Shown here piece by piece: positions 55,442 to 63,992 of a stretch of 64,000 nucleotides of DNA (positions are counted from its first letter, which is position 1; each line of letters begins with the position of its first letter). The notes beneath the pieces were generated by a model. The model was given only the letters and a program-made list of their open reading frames with translations. It was not told the origin of the DNA and ran no database searches. Where the stretch lies: IMG/VR virus record IMGVR_UViG_3300033148_006102, positions 131,109 to 195,108 of that record, one strand, 5' to 3'. This DNA comes from a virus. A program made the position numbers and the translations under genes.

Positions 55442-56043
55442 TAGTCCTCCTTGGATTGAATGAGTTGTTTGATTGGATCATCGCCCACGAACGCAGCCCA
55501 ATCAGTGCCACGATGTTTGAAATAATCTGTTACGTATGCTTTGAAGTACTGAACCGTATGCGGATCGAGTTTCCAGTCAGGCTCGTAGCCCATTAGATCC
55601 AGGCCGCATGCTATTCCCTTTTCCGGATCCATCCCAAGTGATGGATTCATGAAAGTGGAAAGGTAGTAACGGTTCACGAATTGACCCAGCTCATCGAAGG
55701 CTGGTTTGCCGCGGAACGTCGAGTCATAGAATTCCACATACGGTTCTTTGCCGTCATGTGTGAGTGCATGACATTGTCCGTACTTATCGCCGATGAATAC
55801 CAAGCGTAGCGTAAAGAGTCGGCCGTCTTGGTTAATCATGTGGAAGTGTGGTAGACTCGTATCCTGTCGCATCTTCAAGTACTGGCGAACTGCAGCCAGG
55901 TTATATTTGTGTTGAAGGTGTCGGGTTTCGTGCTTGACCGGGCCTTCAAGCGAGCGTGGGACCACGTTTTCAATTATGTCCCAGAATGCTTTTTCAGCTT
56001 GTTGAATCAGGCTCATCAGGCTCCTTCCAGATACAGTGCGCAT
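55441..56043 (-). CDS. Hypothetical protein
   Basis: VEFYD...GQFV.RYYLSTF pattern. Confidence 0.68.
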   Translation of the reverse strand: MRTVSGRSLMSLIQQAEKAFWDIIENVVPRSLEGPVKHETRHLQHKYNLAAVRQYLKMRQDTSLPHFHMINQDGRLFTLRLVFIGDKYGQCHALTHDGKEPYVEFYDSTFRGKPAFDELGQFVNRYYLSTFMNPSLGMDPEKGIACGLDLMGYEPDWKLDPHTVQYFKAYVTDYFKHRGTDWAAFVGDDPIKQLIQSKED

Positions 56044-56320
56044 CGAAGGCTTCGAGCGTTTTGAAAGTTCGAATTTTCACGTATTGCCAGGAAAAGCCAT
56101 GAAGCGCAACCATTGGACTCTTGTCGTCATATGGTGCATCGTATTCGCGACCATCAGTTGTTGTTTTGGGCGTATACATGCGATGGCCTAATCTAAAATC
56201 ACCTATTGCGTGATTTTCCCAGACAACGACTCCGCGGCCTTCTTTGATCCATTGTCGAAACTTTTCGAAGTCTGGCTTGTAGACTTCGATTTCGTAATGT
56301 TCAGGCTTTGTTTGATGCAT
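55994..56320 (-). CDS. Hypothetical protein
   Basis: Contiguous array. Confidence 0.62.
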   Translation of the reverse strand: MHQTKPEHYEIEVYKPDFEKFRQWIKEGRGVVVWENHAIGDFRLGHRMYTPKTTTDGREYDAPYDDKSPMVALHGFSWQYVKIRTFKTLEAFDAHCIWKEPDEPDSTS

Positions 56321-56984
56321 GTGCTTTCTTCATGGATAACAGTTCACGGAAAACTTCTATAGCCTGTGAGCGCGTGCCGCCATAAGGACGCTCGCTTTCA
56401 AGGATGAAGCGCATCTTTAGTTGTGAATCGTCCTTTTGTATGAGCTGATCCCGTTTGGCGTCGTAAATAACGCGCACAGCTTCGTTGAGATCTGCTTCAG
56501 TATGCTTACTCCGTTTGAACCAGCGCATCATTTGATCGATATTTGGACACTTTTTGATATGAAGTGCCTTTGTGAGTGGTGTGCGGCCGATTACACATTC
56601 CAAGCCACGATCGCCTTTGCTCCAGCGACCGGTCACATAGTTCACTTCTACTTCCCACGGGCAATCAGCGTTATCTTCTATGACCCACAAGCGGTAGTAC
56701 CATTCGATATCACCATGTAGTTCATGGCCTTCTTCCGGTTCAAAGCCTGAAGGATCAGCACCACAGAGATAACCTGCAGCGTGGCCGGCGCGGCCTAATC
56801 GAAATAGGTTGTGTTTGGTGTATTCAATACCATGAGCAACAGCCTTTTCGCGTGCGATACGCCGCGCCTTTTCAAATAGTTCGAGCATGTTGGAAGGGTA
56901 TCCATCGAAGTGATGGTACAGCGTAACTTTTTGTTCCCAATCATGCCCTTCTTGTATTACTTGTACTTGGCAACGAGTACTCAA
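56301..56984 (-). CDS. Phage hypothetical protein of the MSTR...Y.H.DGYP type
   Basis: MSTRC...LYHHFDGYPS...HGDIEWYY. Confidence 0.7.
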   Translation of the reverse strand: MSTRCQVQVIQEGHDWEQKVTLYHHFDGYPSNMLELFEKARRIAREKAVAHGIEYTKHNLFRLGRAGHAAGYLCGADPSGFEPEEGHELHGDIEWYYRLWVIEDNADCPWEVEVNYVTGRWSKGDRGLECVIGRTPLTKALHIKKCPNIDQMMRWFKRSKHTEADLNEAVRVIYDAKRDQLIQKDDSQLKMRFILESERPYGGTRSQAIEVFRELLSMKKAHASNKA

Positions 56985-57235
56985 GAGTCAGCACCTTCTT
57001 GTTGGTAACGAGCTAGCTCAGCCTTGGTGAGCACGTTTATTCCTTCGCCTTCTTTGTTTTTGGCGAAGAGCCAGCCATGGTCGTTACCCTCGGGATCCCG
57101 CGACGGATATATGGTGGTACCGTCATCTAGGTCGATGACTATTGGCGCACCATGTCTGCCAAAATCCCAGTATTCTTCAGATGCTTCCTCTTCAGTCATT
57201 CGTCGTACGCATTTGATTTTGCGTCCTTCAAACAT
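56981..57235 (-). CDS. Small hypothetical protein
   Basis: PSRD.EGN..G.LF. Confidence 0.68.
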   Translation of the reverse strand: MFEGRKIKCVRRMTEEEASEEYWDFGRHGAPIVIDLDDGTTIYPSRDPEGNDHGWLFAKNKEGEGINVLTKAELARYQQEGADS

Positions 57236-57620
57236 CTGAAATTTCCTCTTCTATTGGTTGTGGATATCGAATTTCGAGATCCTTGTCTTCGTTTGCGATG
57301 TTGTACATGGCCATGGCGAGCTTGCCCGCCATCTTAGTATCGTTATCGTTCCAATTGGCCGCGAGGTCCATAATGGTTCCCCAGACGGCATAACTTTCTG
57401 TTGGCGTGATCAGTTGTTCATTCCAAGCTTTCCAGAAGAACATAGCGAGGTCCGCCGGAACGTTGTAGTCGCTCCAGTTGAATTTACCGCCACATCCTTC
57501 TAGTAAGCCAATATACACACCGAGTTCGGCGCCGAGTCGTTTGAGGAAACGGCGGAAGTCTTCAGTAGTCCATTTCAGCTCTTCCTTGATACGGAAGAGC
57601 CGGTGTTTGATTCCGCTCAT
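57228..57620 (-). CDS. Hypothetical protein
   Basis: Contiguous array. Confidence 0.65.
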   Translation of the reverse strand: MSGIKHRLFRIKEELKWTTEDFRRFLKRLGAELGVYIGLLEGCGGKFNWSDYNVPADLAMFFWKAWNEQLITPTESYAVWGTIMDLAANWNDNDTKMAGKLAMAMYNIANEDKDLEIRYPQPIEEEISDV

Positions 57621-58081
57621 ATTTTCTCGATTTCATGTGGTTCTACTGCATAGCAGAAGTGGTCACATTCTGGACAGATGCCATGTGGAACGGTGGCGCC
57701 TGGTTCCAACCGAGTCAGTATTTTGCTGGCGGATGGTGCTTCGTGGATGCTTTCAATGGCGGCGGAACGCCACACCTTTTCGCAGTTCCAGCATTGAACC
57801 ATTTCGTCGTCTGCATAGAGGTCTGCATTAAGACGTGGGTCGTCCAGTTTGTAGCGGATTGTATCCGCGATTTCGATCCAGTGGTTGCTGTCGAATACTT
57901 CAATCAGGCAAACAACACTACCTAGTTCTTCGAAGTGCTTCGTTACCACGCTTTCAGCATCACGTGCGTCTTCGGCATAAACGACCAGATGTGATAGTTC
58001 ACCTGGTTCCACTGGGTGATCTAGGTGGTACGCGACCACAAACTTTTCCATACTCACTTCTCCAGTTTGATTACTTTGCAC
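57617..58081 (-). CDS. Hypothetical Zn-ribbon protein
   Basis: CWNC...CPEC; GGAG SD near 58060. Confidence 0.65.
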   Translation of the reverse strand: MQSNQTGEVSMEKFVVAYHLDHPVEPGELSHLVVYAEDARDAESVVTKHFEELGSVVCLIEVFDSNHWIEIADTIRYKLDDPRLNADLYADDEMVQCWNCEKVWRSAAIESIHEAPSASKILTRLEPGATVPHGICPECDHFCYAVEPHEIEKI

Positions 58082-58248
58082 GCAATATCGCCGAACAGAT
58101 CTTTGACGTCTTGTTTGGCACGCACCACGTGGTTTTGTTCAAATGTTGTGATGATTTTGCGGCCCTGTGATACGGTAATAACGCATCGTCCGTCTGTATG
58201 CTCGTGAATCAGAGCCTTGACCGGATGATAAGGATCCTTCTTAGTCAT
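58054..58248 (-). CDS. Small hypothetical protein
   Basis: Contiguous array. Confidence 0.55.
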   Translation of the reverse strand: MTKKDPYHPVKALIHEHTDGRCVITVSQGRKIITTFEQNHVVRAKQDVKDLFGDIACKVIKLEK

Positions 58249-58468
58249 CAGTGAACACTCCGCCGACGAATGAGTCTATTTCAGGTGGAGCCGTACGGTC
58301 GTCTGTGGTAGTCCAGTAGAGACCATCTTCTAAGCCACCCTGTATGTCGCGTTTACGTTGTGCGGCCGCGACTAGCGCAGTCCATGTTTTGAATGGACCG
58401 AGCCATGGTTGCGGTTCGACGTCGCCGGCAATATGCAACAGCCAGTAATAGCCTTCGAACTCAGCCAT
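58241..58468 (-). CDS. Small hypothetical protein
   Basis: AAGGAG SD. Confidence 0.62.
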   Translation of the reverse strand: MAEFEGYYWLLHIAGDVEPQPWLGPFKTWTALVAAAQRKRDIQGGLEDGLYWTTTDDRTAPPEIDSFVGGVFTDD

Positions 58469-58568
58469 TCATTATCTCCTTGTAATCTTCTTCATTTAAG
58501 ACGTAGCTTTTATACGGAAGCTCTTCCATGTAAGTACATTCGACGGTGACATCACAGTATTCGCCATT

Positions 58569-58603
58569 AAAAAGAAGAGGGCCTCAACTCACGTCGAGGC
58601 CCT
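58569..58603 (-). terminator. Intrinsic terminator after the DUF932-like gene
   Basis: AGGGCCTC/GAGGCCCT stem followed by CTTCTTTTT on the minus strand. Confidence 0.7.
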
Positions 58604-58626
58604 TGGTGCCGAAATAGGGATCCCGG

Positions 58627-59724
58627 CTAGTTGACCGAAGGCTCAAGGTTTAGCCACTTGTAGTTCTTCATGGCTACCATTCGGCCACCAACGTCTTGAA
58701 GTCTGACACGACGATCAAGCGGTAGGTTGTCGCCATTACTGGCGCGGGTCGCCGCATTGATGATGTCGTATACACGCTCACCCGGTTCGATGCGGAACGC
58801 CTCGTTGATGCGTTCGTTATCATCGCCGGTGAGACGGAATCGATCAGTTACGTTACGGATGGCTTCGCGTGGTTTTACTTCGAGCGGGACATTCGGAGTT
58901 CGTTGAAACGCCTTCAATGTGGTTTCAGCAGAGTCCAGCACAGCTGGTATTGTAGTTTGCAGAATGCCGCGGAAGTCGAAGTCGTTTCTGCCTAGATGGA
59001 TCTCTTTACAGCCTGCGCCACGCGAGGTAGTAATCAATCCATTTAAGCACGCAAGCCTGTATATCAACGATGCAACATTCAACGCACCGGCGCCAATCTC
59101 GCTGTTGGAGATGTACAGGCCAACTTTGGATATATCGCCGAGTTTGCGCAGCGCGGACGGCGGCGTTACATCACGTTTGCTTGAGACAGCTTGGATGTGT
59201 AGCCGTTCATCAGTAATGCAGTAGCGCACGTCGGCCTGCGCGTTAATGGTTTTCGCCAACGCTTGAACGAGTGGCAGATTATCCATTACACGATAGCGTT
59301 CGGATAGTACTGCCCGTACTCGATTGTTGTTGCAGCGCAGCATGATGCCTTTGTCGCCGTTCTGTTTGAGCCAGTAGTTGACCTGTTTAGCCCGCATGTC
59401 CGGTGGGCATGAGAGTAGGTACTGTGCTGGCAAGCGACAACCGTCACGTGTGCGTACACGGCCGCACAAGTCACCAAAGGCTCGAGGACCCATGGTTACT
59501 TGTTTTGCACCATTATTGAGCACCAAATCTGTGCATGGTGACTCAGCCAGATGCAGCTTTCGTGTTTCGGTGGTGAAGTCATGTAGGTTGCGGCTTTCGC
59601 GTTCTACAATATCGACGACTTCACCGAGCTTATGATTGGCTTTGCCGCGCAGTACGCCGAAGGTTTCAAGTTCGGCGGCTGCGGCGGAGCCTGTAGGTGG
59701 GTTTTGTAGTTGTTGTAGTACCAT
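58627..59724 (-). CDS. DUF932/DUF945-family protein
   Basis: VRAVLSERY..MDN, ISNSEIG......IYRL.C.NG, V.D.INA.T motifs. Confidence 0.75.
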   Translation of the reverse strand: MVLQQLQNPPTGSAAAAELETFGVLRGKANHKLGEVVDIVERESRNLHDFTTETRKLHLAESPCTDLVLNNGAKQVTMGPRAFGDLCGRVRTRDGCRLPAQYLLSCPPDMRAKQVNYWLKQNGDKGIMLRCNNNRVRAVLSERYRVMDNLPLVQALAKTINAQADVRYCITDERLHIQAVSSKRDVTPPSALRKLGDISKVGLYISNSEIGAGALNVASLIYRLACLNGLITTSRGAGCKEIHLGRNDFDFRGILQTTIPAVLDSAETTLKAFQRTPNVPLEVKPREAIRNVTDRFRLTGDDNERINEAFRIEPGERVYDIINAATRASNGDNLPLDRRVRLQDVGGRMVAMKNYKWLNLEPSVN

Positions 59725-60473
59725 TATTTACGAATATCGGCCTTCTCGCCGATGGTCAGTTCGTTCTTGTTGTTGTATTTCAGTTCGACATGACCTTCGA
59801 GCCGCTCGGGCAGATCATCGTCGATAACTGGACGGCCGGTCTCTTCCGCTTCCTTGTGGAGCTTCAGTAGATCGGTAATGCGTTTGGCTTGTAGGTTGAC
59901 GCTGACTTTGACGAATGCGTCGCGATCACCGCGGGTGAGTTGCAAGAATGCCTCTTGATAGCGATCGTCGGCATCTGGGAATTCTTCTCGCATGCGATCT
60001 GCTGCAGCCTTGAGCTCATCGGCGCCGAGCGCTGGCATGGAAACTTTGTCTTTATCTGCCAGCAGGCTGGCGATTTTGGATGTGGTTGCTTTGACGGTAA
60101 TCTTGGTGTTGCCGTCAGTAGTTGTATATGTCTGGGATTCAATACCTTCTGCTCGTTGCTTTTCGCACAGCAGAATTTCGAGGCCTTCGCGTAACGCTTT
60201 TGCAGCTTTGACGCGCGCCGCCAGTTTGGCAAGGGCTGCTTCGTCTGCTGACAGGGTTGGTGTGAGTGCAGACACAAGATTGGCGACCTGCTCACCAGCC
60301 TTTTCGCGAGGCAGTGCGTCGATGGATTCAATCAATTTCTTGAGGTCATCAGTGTCCATCTGGATCAGGCTTTCAGGTTCAGCCTTGATCAGGGACTTAC
60401 GCCGGCGCAGCTTCTTTTTGGGCGCGGCATTCTTGGATACGGTCTTCTTCTTTTTACTAGCTGCTGTGGTCAT
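59724..60473 (-). CDS. Hypothetical coiled-coil protein with a basic N-terminus
   Basis: MTTAASKKKK...PKKKLRRRK; GGAGG SD. Confidence 0.72.
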   Translation of the reverse strand: MTTAASKKKKTVSKNAAPKKKLRRRKSLIKAEPESLIQMDTDDLKKLIESIDALPREKAGEQVANLVSALTPTLSADEAALAKLAARVKAAKALREGLEILLCEKQRAEGIESQTYTTTDGNTKITVKATTSKIASLLADKDKVSMPALGADELKAAADRMREEFPDADDRYQEAFLQLTRGDRDAFVKVSVNLQAKRITDLLKLHKEAEETGRPVIDDDLPERLEGHVELKYNNKNELTIGEKADIRK

Positions 60474-61170
60474 ATTTCCTCCAAAGCCACATGGTCATGA
60501 AATCGTCAGTAATAACCAGCGCACCAGTTCCATACATTGTGAACTTGATGTCCTGGTTAGGTTGTAGTAAAGGACTGAATTCCCGCACTAGCTTAGCGGG
60601 AACACCAGGTGTTTCATCATCGACATAATCCATTAGGTCGAGCTGGTGCGTATCAACATCTACACCGATCAAGCGTGTGTCTTTTTCGCCTAGCGTGGCG
60701 TGATAGCCGAGCAGCCGATACAGCGTAGTTCGATTGACCGCAGTAGATTCAGCATGTTCTTTTTGCCAGTTAACGAAATCGTCGTCGTGTTCAGGGTGAA
60801 TGTCGGTCAGGTCGCCCGCTTTGGTACGTTTGAAGCCATTATTGTTTTCCATGACTTCGGTAGTCCAGTGCACGAATATCTGGAAAGTAACGCCACAGAA
60901 GGGGTAGGCAAACCGGTGACCATATTCTTTACCTTGACGAATAGGTTTTGTGCCATGTCCAGTTAGCATAGCGCGCTGTTCGTAGTTCTTCCGATCGTAC
61001 TCCCACGTGACGACAACGGTATCACCTGGCATAGCAAACATGGCCGTCATCATATTCTTCGTGTGCGTAATGAGCTGTTGGTGGATGAATTTCTTTTGAC
61101 TGGGGCTTAGTTCACCTAGTGTGCGCCCGTTGTGTTCAACGAACGGTTGAATTTCTTGATCTTTGAACAT
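60457..61170 (-). CDS. Hypothetical protein
   Basis: AGGA SD. Confidence 0.7.
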   Translation of the reverse strand: MFKDQEIQPFVEHNGRTLGELSPSQKKFIHQQLITHTKNMMTAMFAMPGDTVVVTWEYDRKNYEQRAMLTGHGTKPIRQGKEYGHRFAYPFCGVTFQIFVHWTTEVMENNNGFKRTKAGDLTDIHPEHDDDFVNWQKEHAESTAVNRTTLYRLLGYHATLGEKDTRLIGVDVDTHQLDLMDYVDDETPGVPAKLVREFSPLLQPNQDIKFTMYGTGALVITDDFMTMWLWRKYDHSS

Positions 61171-61184
61171 GGTAGTCCTATTAG

Positions 61185-61223
61185 TAAAAGAATATCGGGG
61201 GCAGGTTAGTACCTACCCCCGAT
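61185..61223 (-). terminator. Intrinsic terminator
   Basis: 13-bp stem ATCGGGGGTAGGT/ACCTGCCCCCGAT (one G-U) then ATTCTTTT on the minus strand. Confidence 0.72.
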
Positions 61224-61230
61224 TATTCGA

Positions 61231-62163
61231 CTAGTCAAGCACCCCGTGGGACGGGATGTTGAAGATGTGCGTATGATCCTTCATGGCTGTATATGCCAGG
61301 ACCAAGCCGAATTGTTCGACGTCGCCACGTTCGAGCTCGGCGATGAAACGTTCGCCGCCAGTGGCAAGCGGTTCAGTCTTTAGGCCCGCAGCCTTGAGAC
61401 CATAAACCAATCGCCGTAGCGGACGAACGTCGATTTCACTGCCGCCCTCAGTCAGGACCTTGCCAGCGGGCGTAGCCATTAGGCGTTCGATAGCCATGCC
61501 TTTGATGCGCCAGTCCAGCGGCGGTAGTGGGAAGATGGGCTTCTCACTGAGTTTGACGATTATATTACCGTTATCGTCTGCGCCCAATTTTTCCGCGACA
61601 GTGATTGTTACATCGGCCAGTCCAAGGGCATGCAGGAGCATCAGCCCAGAGATTTTACGGCCGTTCCCAGGTGTACGCGACGCCGAATAGATGTCAGCGT
61701 CGACACGCCTTCTTACCATCCAGAATGGATTCACCAAGCAGGCGGCGAAGGTTTGCAGAGCCTTGCGGGTATCAGGATCGACAACGATTCGCCGATCTGG
61801 AGCAGGCTTCAGAATTTCAGTCGCCTTGTCTGCTGCTTGTGTGGCCAGCAGAACGTTACCGTCTTCATCCATCGGAATGGAAACGCCCTCGTCGGATGTC
61901 GAGCCCAAGAACGCATAGATACTGTCAGCATACGCCTTGAAGTGGAAATCCGTCCGAAGGTCAGCTTCCTGATATATGCGTGGTTCACGTCTCATTGAGT
62001 CGTTGTGCTCAGTCTTGCGGTGTGAACGTCTGTTGCGACGAGACTTCGACTTGTTTTGTTTCCGACCGAAGTCACGTTGTTGCGCTGCTTCTGATACCGC
62101 GGTTGTTGTCAGCGCTTCGCCTTGTTCGTTTGCAAACTGTGCTTGCTTTTCAGACTCTGTCAT
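61231..62163 (-). CDS. Hypothetical protein with a basic disordered N-terminus
   Basis: 310-aa ORF. Confidence 0.72.
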   Translation of the reverse strand: MTESEKQAQFANEQGEALTTTAVSEAAQQRDFGRKQNKSKSRRNRRSHRKTEHNDSMRREPRIYQEADLRTDFHFKAYADSIYAFLGSTSDEGVSIPMDEDGNVLLATQAADKATEILKPAPDRRIVVDPDTRKALQTFAACLVNPFWMVRRRVDADIYSASRTPGNGRKISGLMLLHALGLADVTITVAEKLGADDNGNIIVKLSEKPIFPLPPLDWRIKGMAIERLMATPAGKVLTEGGSEIDVRPLRRLVYGLKAAGLKTEPLATGGERFIAELERGDVEQFGLVLAYTAMKDHTHIFNIPSHGVLD

Positions 62164-62217
62164 TTTCAGGGATCCCTTTCCTGATAGGTACTCCGTAGGG
62201 TTAGTGTGTCAGCGTAT

Positions 62218-62541
62218 CTACGAGCCAGTCTTGGCTGTGCATGCTGCACTCCGGAGCTTCAGTGCTTCTTTAATCGCTTTTGCGTCCGCCACCATGGCAG
62301 ACAGTATTTGACCGCCGAATGCCAGGCGCATCGCGGTGTACTTCTTCGTACGTGGGATGTCTTTCAGGAAGTAGTGCGCGAGTCGCAGGGACATTCGTTT
62401 GCGTAAGACTTCGTCCTTACGCCGAGTGTAATCTAACACGTCTTCGAGCAGTTCCGTTCTGGCGCCACGCCATTGAAAGTGCTGGATGACGGACTTGGCA
62501 TGTCGGGCTTTGGCGGACCCGATGTTTGCCGTTCCTGCCAT
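62218..62541 (-). CDS. Basic hypothetical protein
   Basis: AAAGGAG SD before the ATG at 62541. Confidence 0.65.
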   Translation of the reverse strand: MAGTANIGSAKARHAKSVIQHFQWRGARTELLEDVLDYTRRKDEVLRKRMSLRLAHYFLKDIPRTKKYTAMRLAFGGQILSAMVADAKAIKEALKLRSAACTAKTGS

Positions 62542-62559
62542 AGATCTCCTTTCTAATAC

Positions 62560-62596
62560 AAAAAACCGCAAGGCACATAAAATCCCTGCGGTTTTT
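62560..62596 (-). terminator. Intrinsic (possibly bidirectional) terminator
   Basis: AAAAACCGCA...TGCGGTTTTT. Confidence 0.7.
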
Positions 62597-62622
62597 GGTA
62601 AGTTATTCAAATGGAAGCGCTG

Positions 62623-62826
62623 TCAGGCTGCCATCTGTTTGTCGATTGTCATGTTACTCTTCGCAAGCTCGATCTCTCTGAGCACATCGCCCATCTCATT
62701 CATCAATCTCGTCATTTCTTGGACCTTTACTGGGTCCGTTTCGACGAAATCCTTGAATGCGATCTCGATTTGCGCGTCAAGGAGATCGTGTCTTGCCTCG
62801 AGTGTTTGAAGTGTACTGTTCGACAT
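62623..62826 (-). CDS. Small coiled-coil protein
   Basis: AGGAGGT SD before the ATG at 62826. Confidence 0.7.
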   Translation of the reverse strand: MSNSTLQTLEARHDLLDAQIEIAFKDFVETDPVKVQEMTRLMNEMGDVLREIELAKSNMTIDKQMAA

Positions 62827-62962
62827 GGTACACCTCCTTCCTCTGTACATATGATACCCCTAAATGGGGATAAATTGCACAAGTTTTTGCCTACCTTTAC
62901 AGGTAGAACGTTCCTCTTACAGTCTTATGCCATAAATTCCGAGGATTTTGGCAGGTGCTAAT

Positions 62963-62985
62963 CTGGGACTATCGTATAATCCCAG
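62963..62985 (+). promoter_or_regulatory. 23-bp quasi-palindrome, copy 9 (intergenic; near-perfect palindrome)
   Basis: CTGGGACTAT CGT ATAATCCCAG. Confidence 0.82.
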
Positions 62986-63273
62986 CTACGCAAATGGCCG
63001 ACGCGCCCCACTTATTGGAAATGTCTTCAGGATCTGCCAGCAGCCATATTTTCCGTAAACGGCTTTATTGACCATGGCTTCGACCTTACCTGCAAATCCC
63101 GGCCGAGGGTTATCTGACCACTTTCGGACGACCGCAACACTAGCGGGTGGAATTGGCATGGATTGCACGGTATCATTCTGCACCAAGCAGTAATGCAACG
63201 CGAGTGAAGTGCCCACATTTAGACTGTTAATGTGGCCATTGCGTATAAGTAGTAGATCTACAACAGTCAGCAT
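62986..63273 (-). CDS. Hypothetical protein
   Basis: 95 aa; AGGTG SD; divergent from the 63294 gene. Confidence 0.5.
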   Translation of the reverse strand: MLTVVDLLLIRNGHINSLNVGTSLALHYCLVQNDTVQSMPIPPASVAVVRKWSDNPRPGFAGKVEAMVNKAVYGKYGCWQILKTFPISGARRPFA

Positions 63274-63293
63274 GGTTCACCTAAGGAGTTGGG

Positions 63294-63992
63294 ATGAGTA
63301 CCGGACAACCACAGCGTAAGGGATCCTTTGTTTCTCCGAGCACACTTTTGGCAGATCAGGTTGAGCAAGAAGCTGAACGCATTGCTGCCGAAGACCAAGA
63401 AAATAATGATGGTGCAGAGAATACTGGCGAAGACGGAGATGCGCTAGAGAAAATTCAGATTGGCAAGCTTGAATTAACGGCAGATGAGGTCGTTGCAGCG
63501 TACCCGGCGATTTGGCAGCAGGTTCAACAGAAAGTGTACCTGTTACGCGGCTATGTGACAGCTACGATTACTATTGCAGACAAGCTGGAACTGCGTGTGC
63601 GCACGTTAACCAAGGGAATGCGGCGCTTTTTGATGCGCGTAGTTGATAAGACTGAGGAATCGCGCACAGCAGTAGAGTCAGGTATGTTAACACGGGAAGC
63701 TGATTTACAGACGCTTTGTATGCTGGACGGAGTAGGCAAAGAGGATTTTGAGGATTTGACATCGTTTGTGGCGACACTTAACGAAAAGATCGATCGCGCA
63801 CCGGACGCGACAGTTGTACGAAATGCGTACCACGCGTTTTTGGATCATGCTGCTGTTAAGGCGAGACAGGTTGCTTTGGATGGGTTGAGTGAAGCTGCAG
63901 GTAATATACTGATGGTCGCGACGTTTTCTTTGCAGCGGATCTTGGAAGTGTGCATGTTGAAGGACGTGGAAAACCCTTTCGAAATCCGCTAG
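63294..63992 (+). CDS. Hypothetical protein, possibly a tail assembly chaperone starting a second structural operon
   Basis: AAGGAG SD; acidic N-terminus and RTLT motif; the function is a guess. Confidence 0.45.
   Translation: MSTGQPQRKGSFVSPSTLLADQVEQEAERIAAEDQENNDGAENTGEDGDALEKIQIGKLELTADEVVAAYPAIWQQVQQKVYLLRGYVTATITIADKLELRVRTLTKGMRRFLMRVVDKTEESRTAVESGMLTREADLQTLCMLDGVGKEDFEDLTSFVATLNEKIDRAPDATVVRNAYHAFLDHAAVKARQVALDGLSEAAGNILMVATFSLQRILEVCMLKDVENPFEIR

Noticed and set aside
57148-57170. Additional 23-bp site candidates (GCC-AAAATCCCAG at about 57158; also single halves near 13424, 26901, 39597, 43569, 60133)
   Set aside because: Only one half-site matches; the other half shows no similarity at the correct 3-nt spacing.
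58460-58570. Protein-like open frame (GEYCDVTVECTYMEELPYKSYVLNEEDYKEIMNG) below the terminator
   Set aside because: There is no start codon with an SD before an upstream in-frame stop. It may be a gene relic, but this cannot be supported.
269-63777. The many short opposite-strand or alternate-frame ORFs in the six-frame track
   Set aside because: They lie antisense to or within well-supported genes, lack SD sequences and recognisable motifs, and are expected shadows at this GC content.
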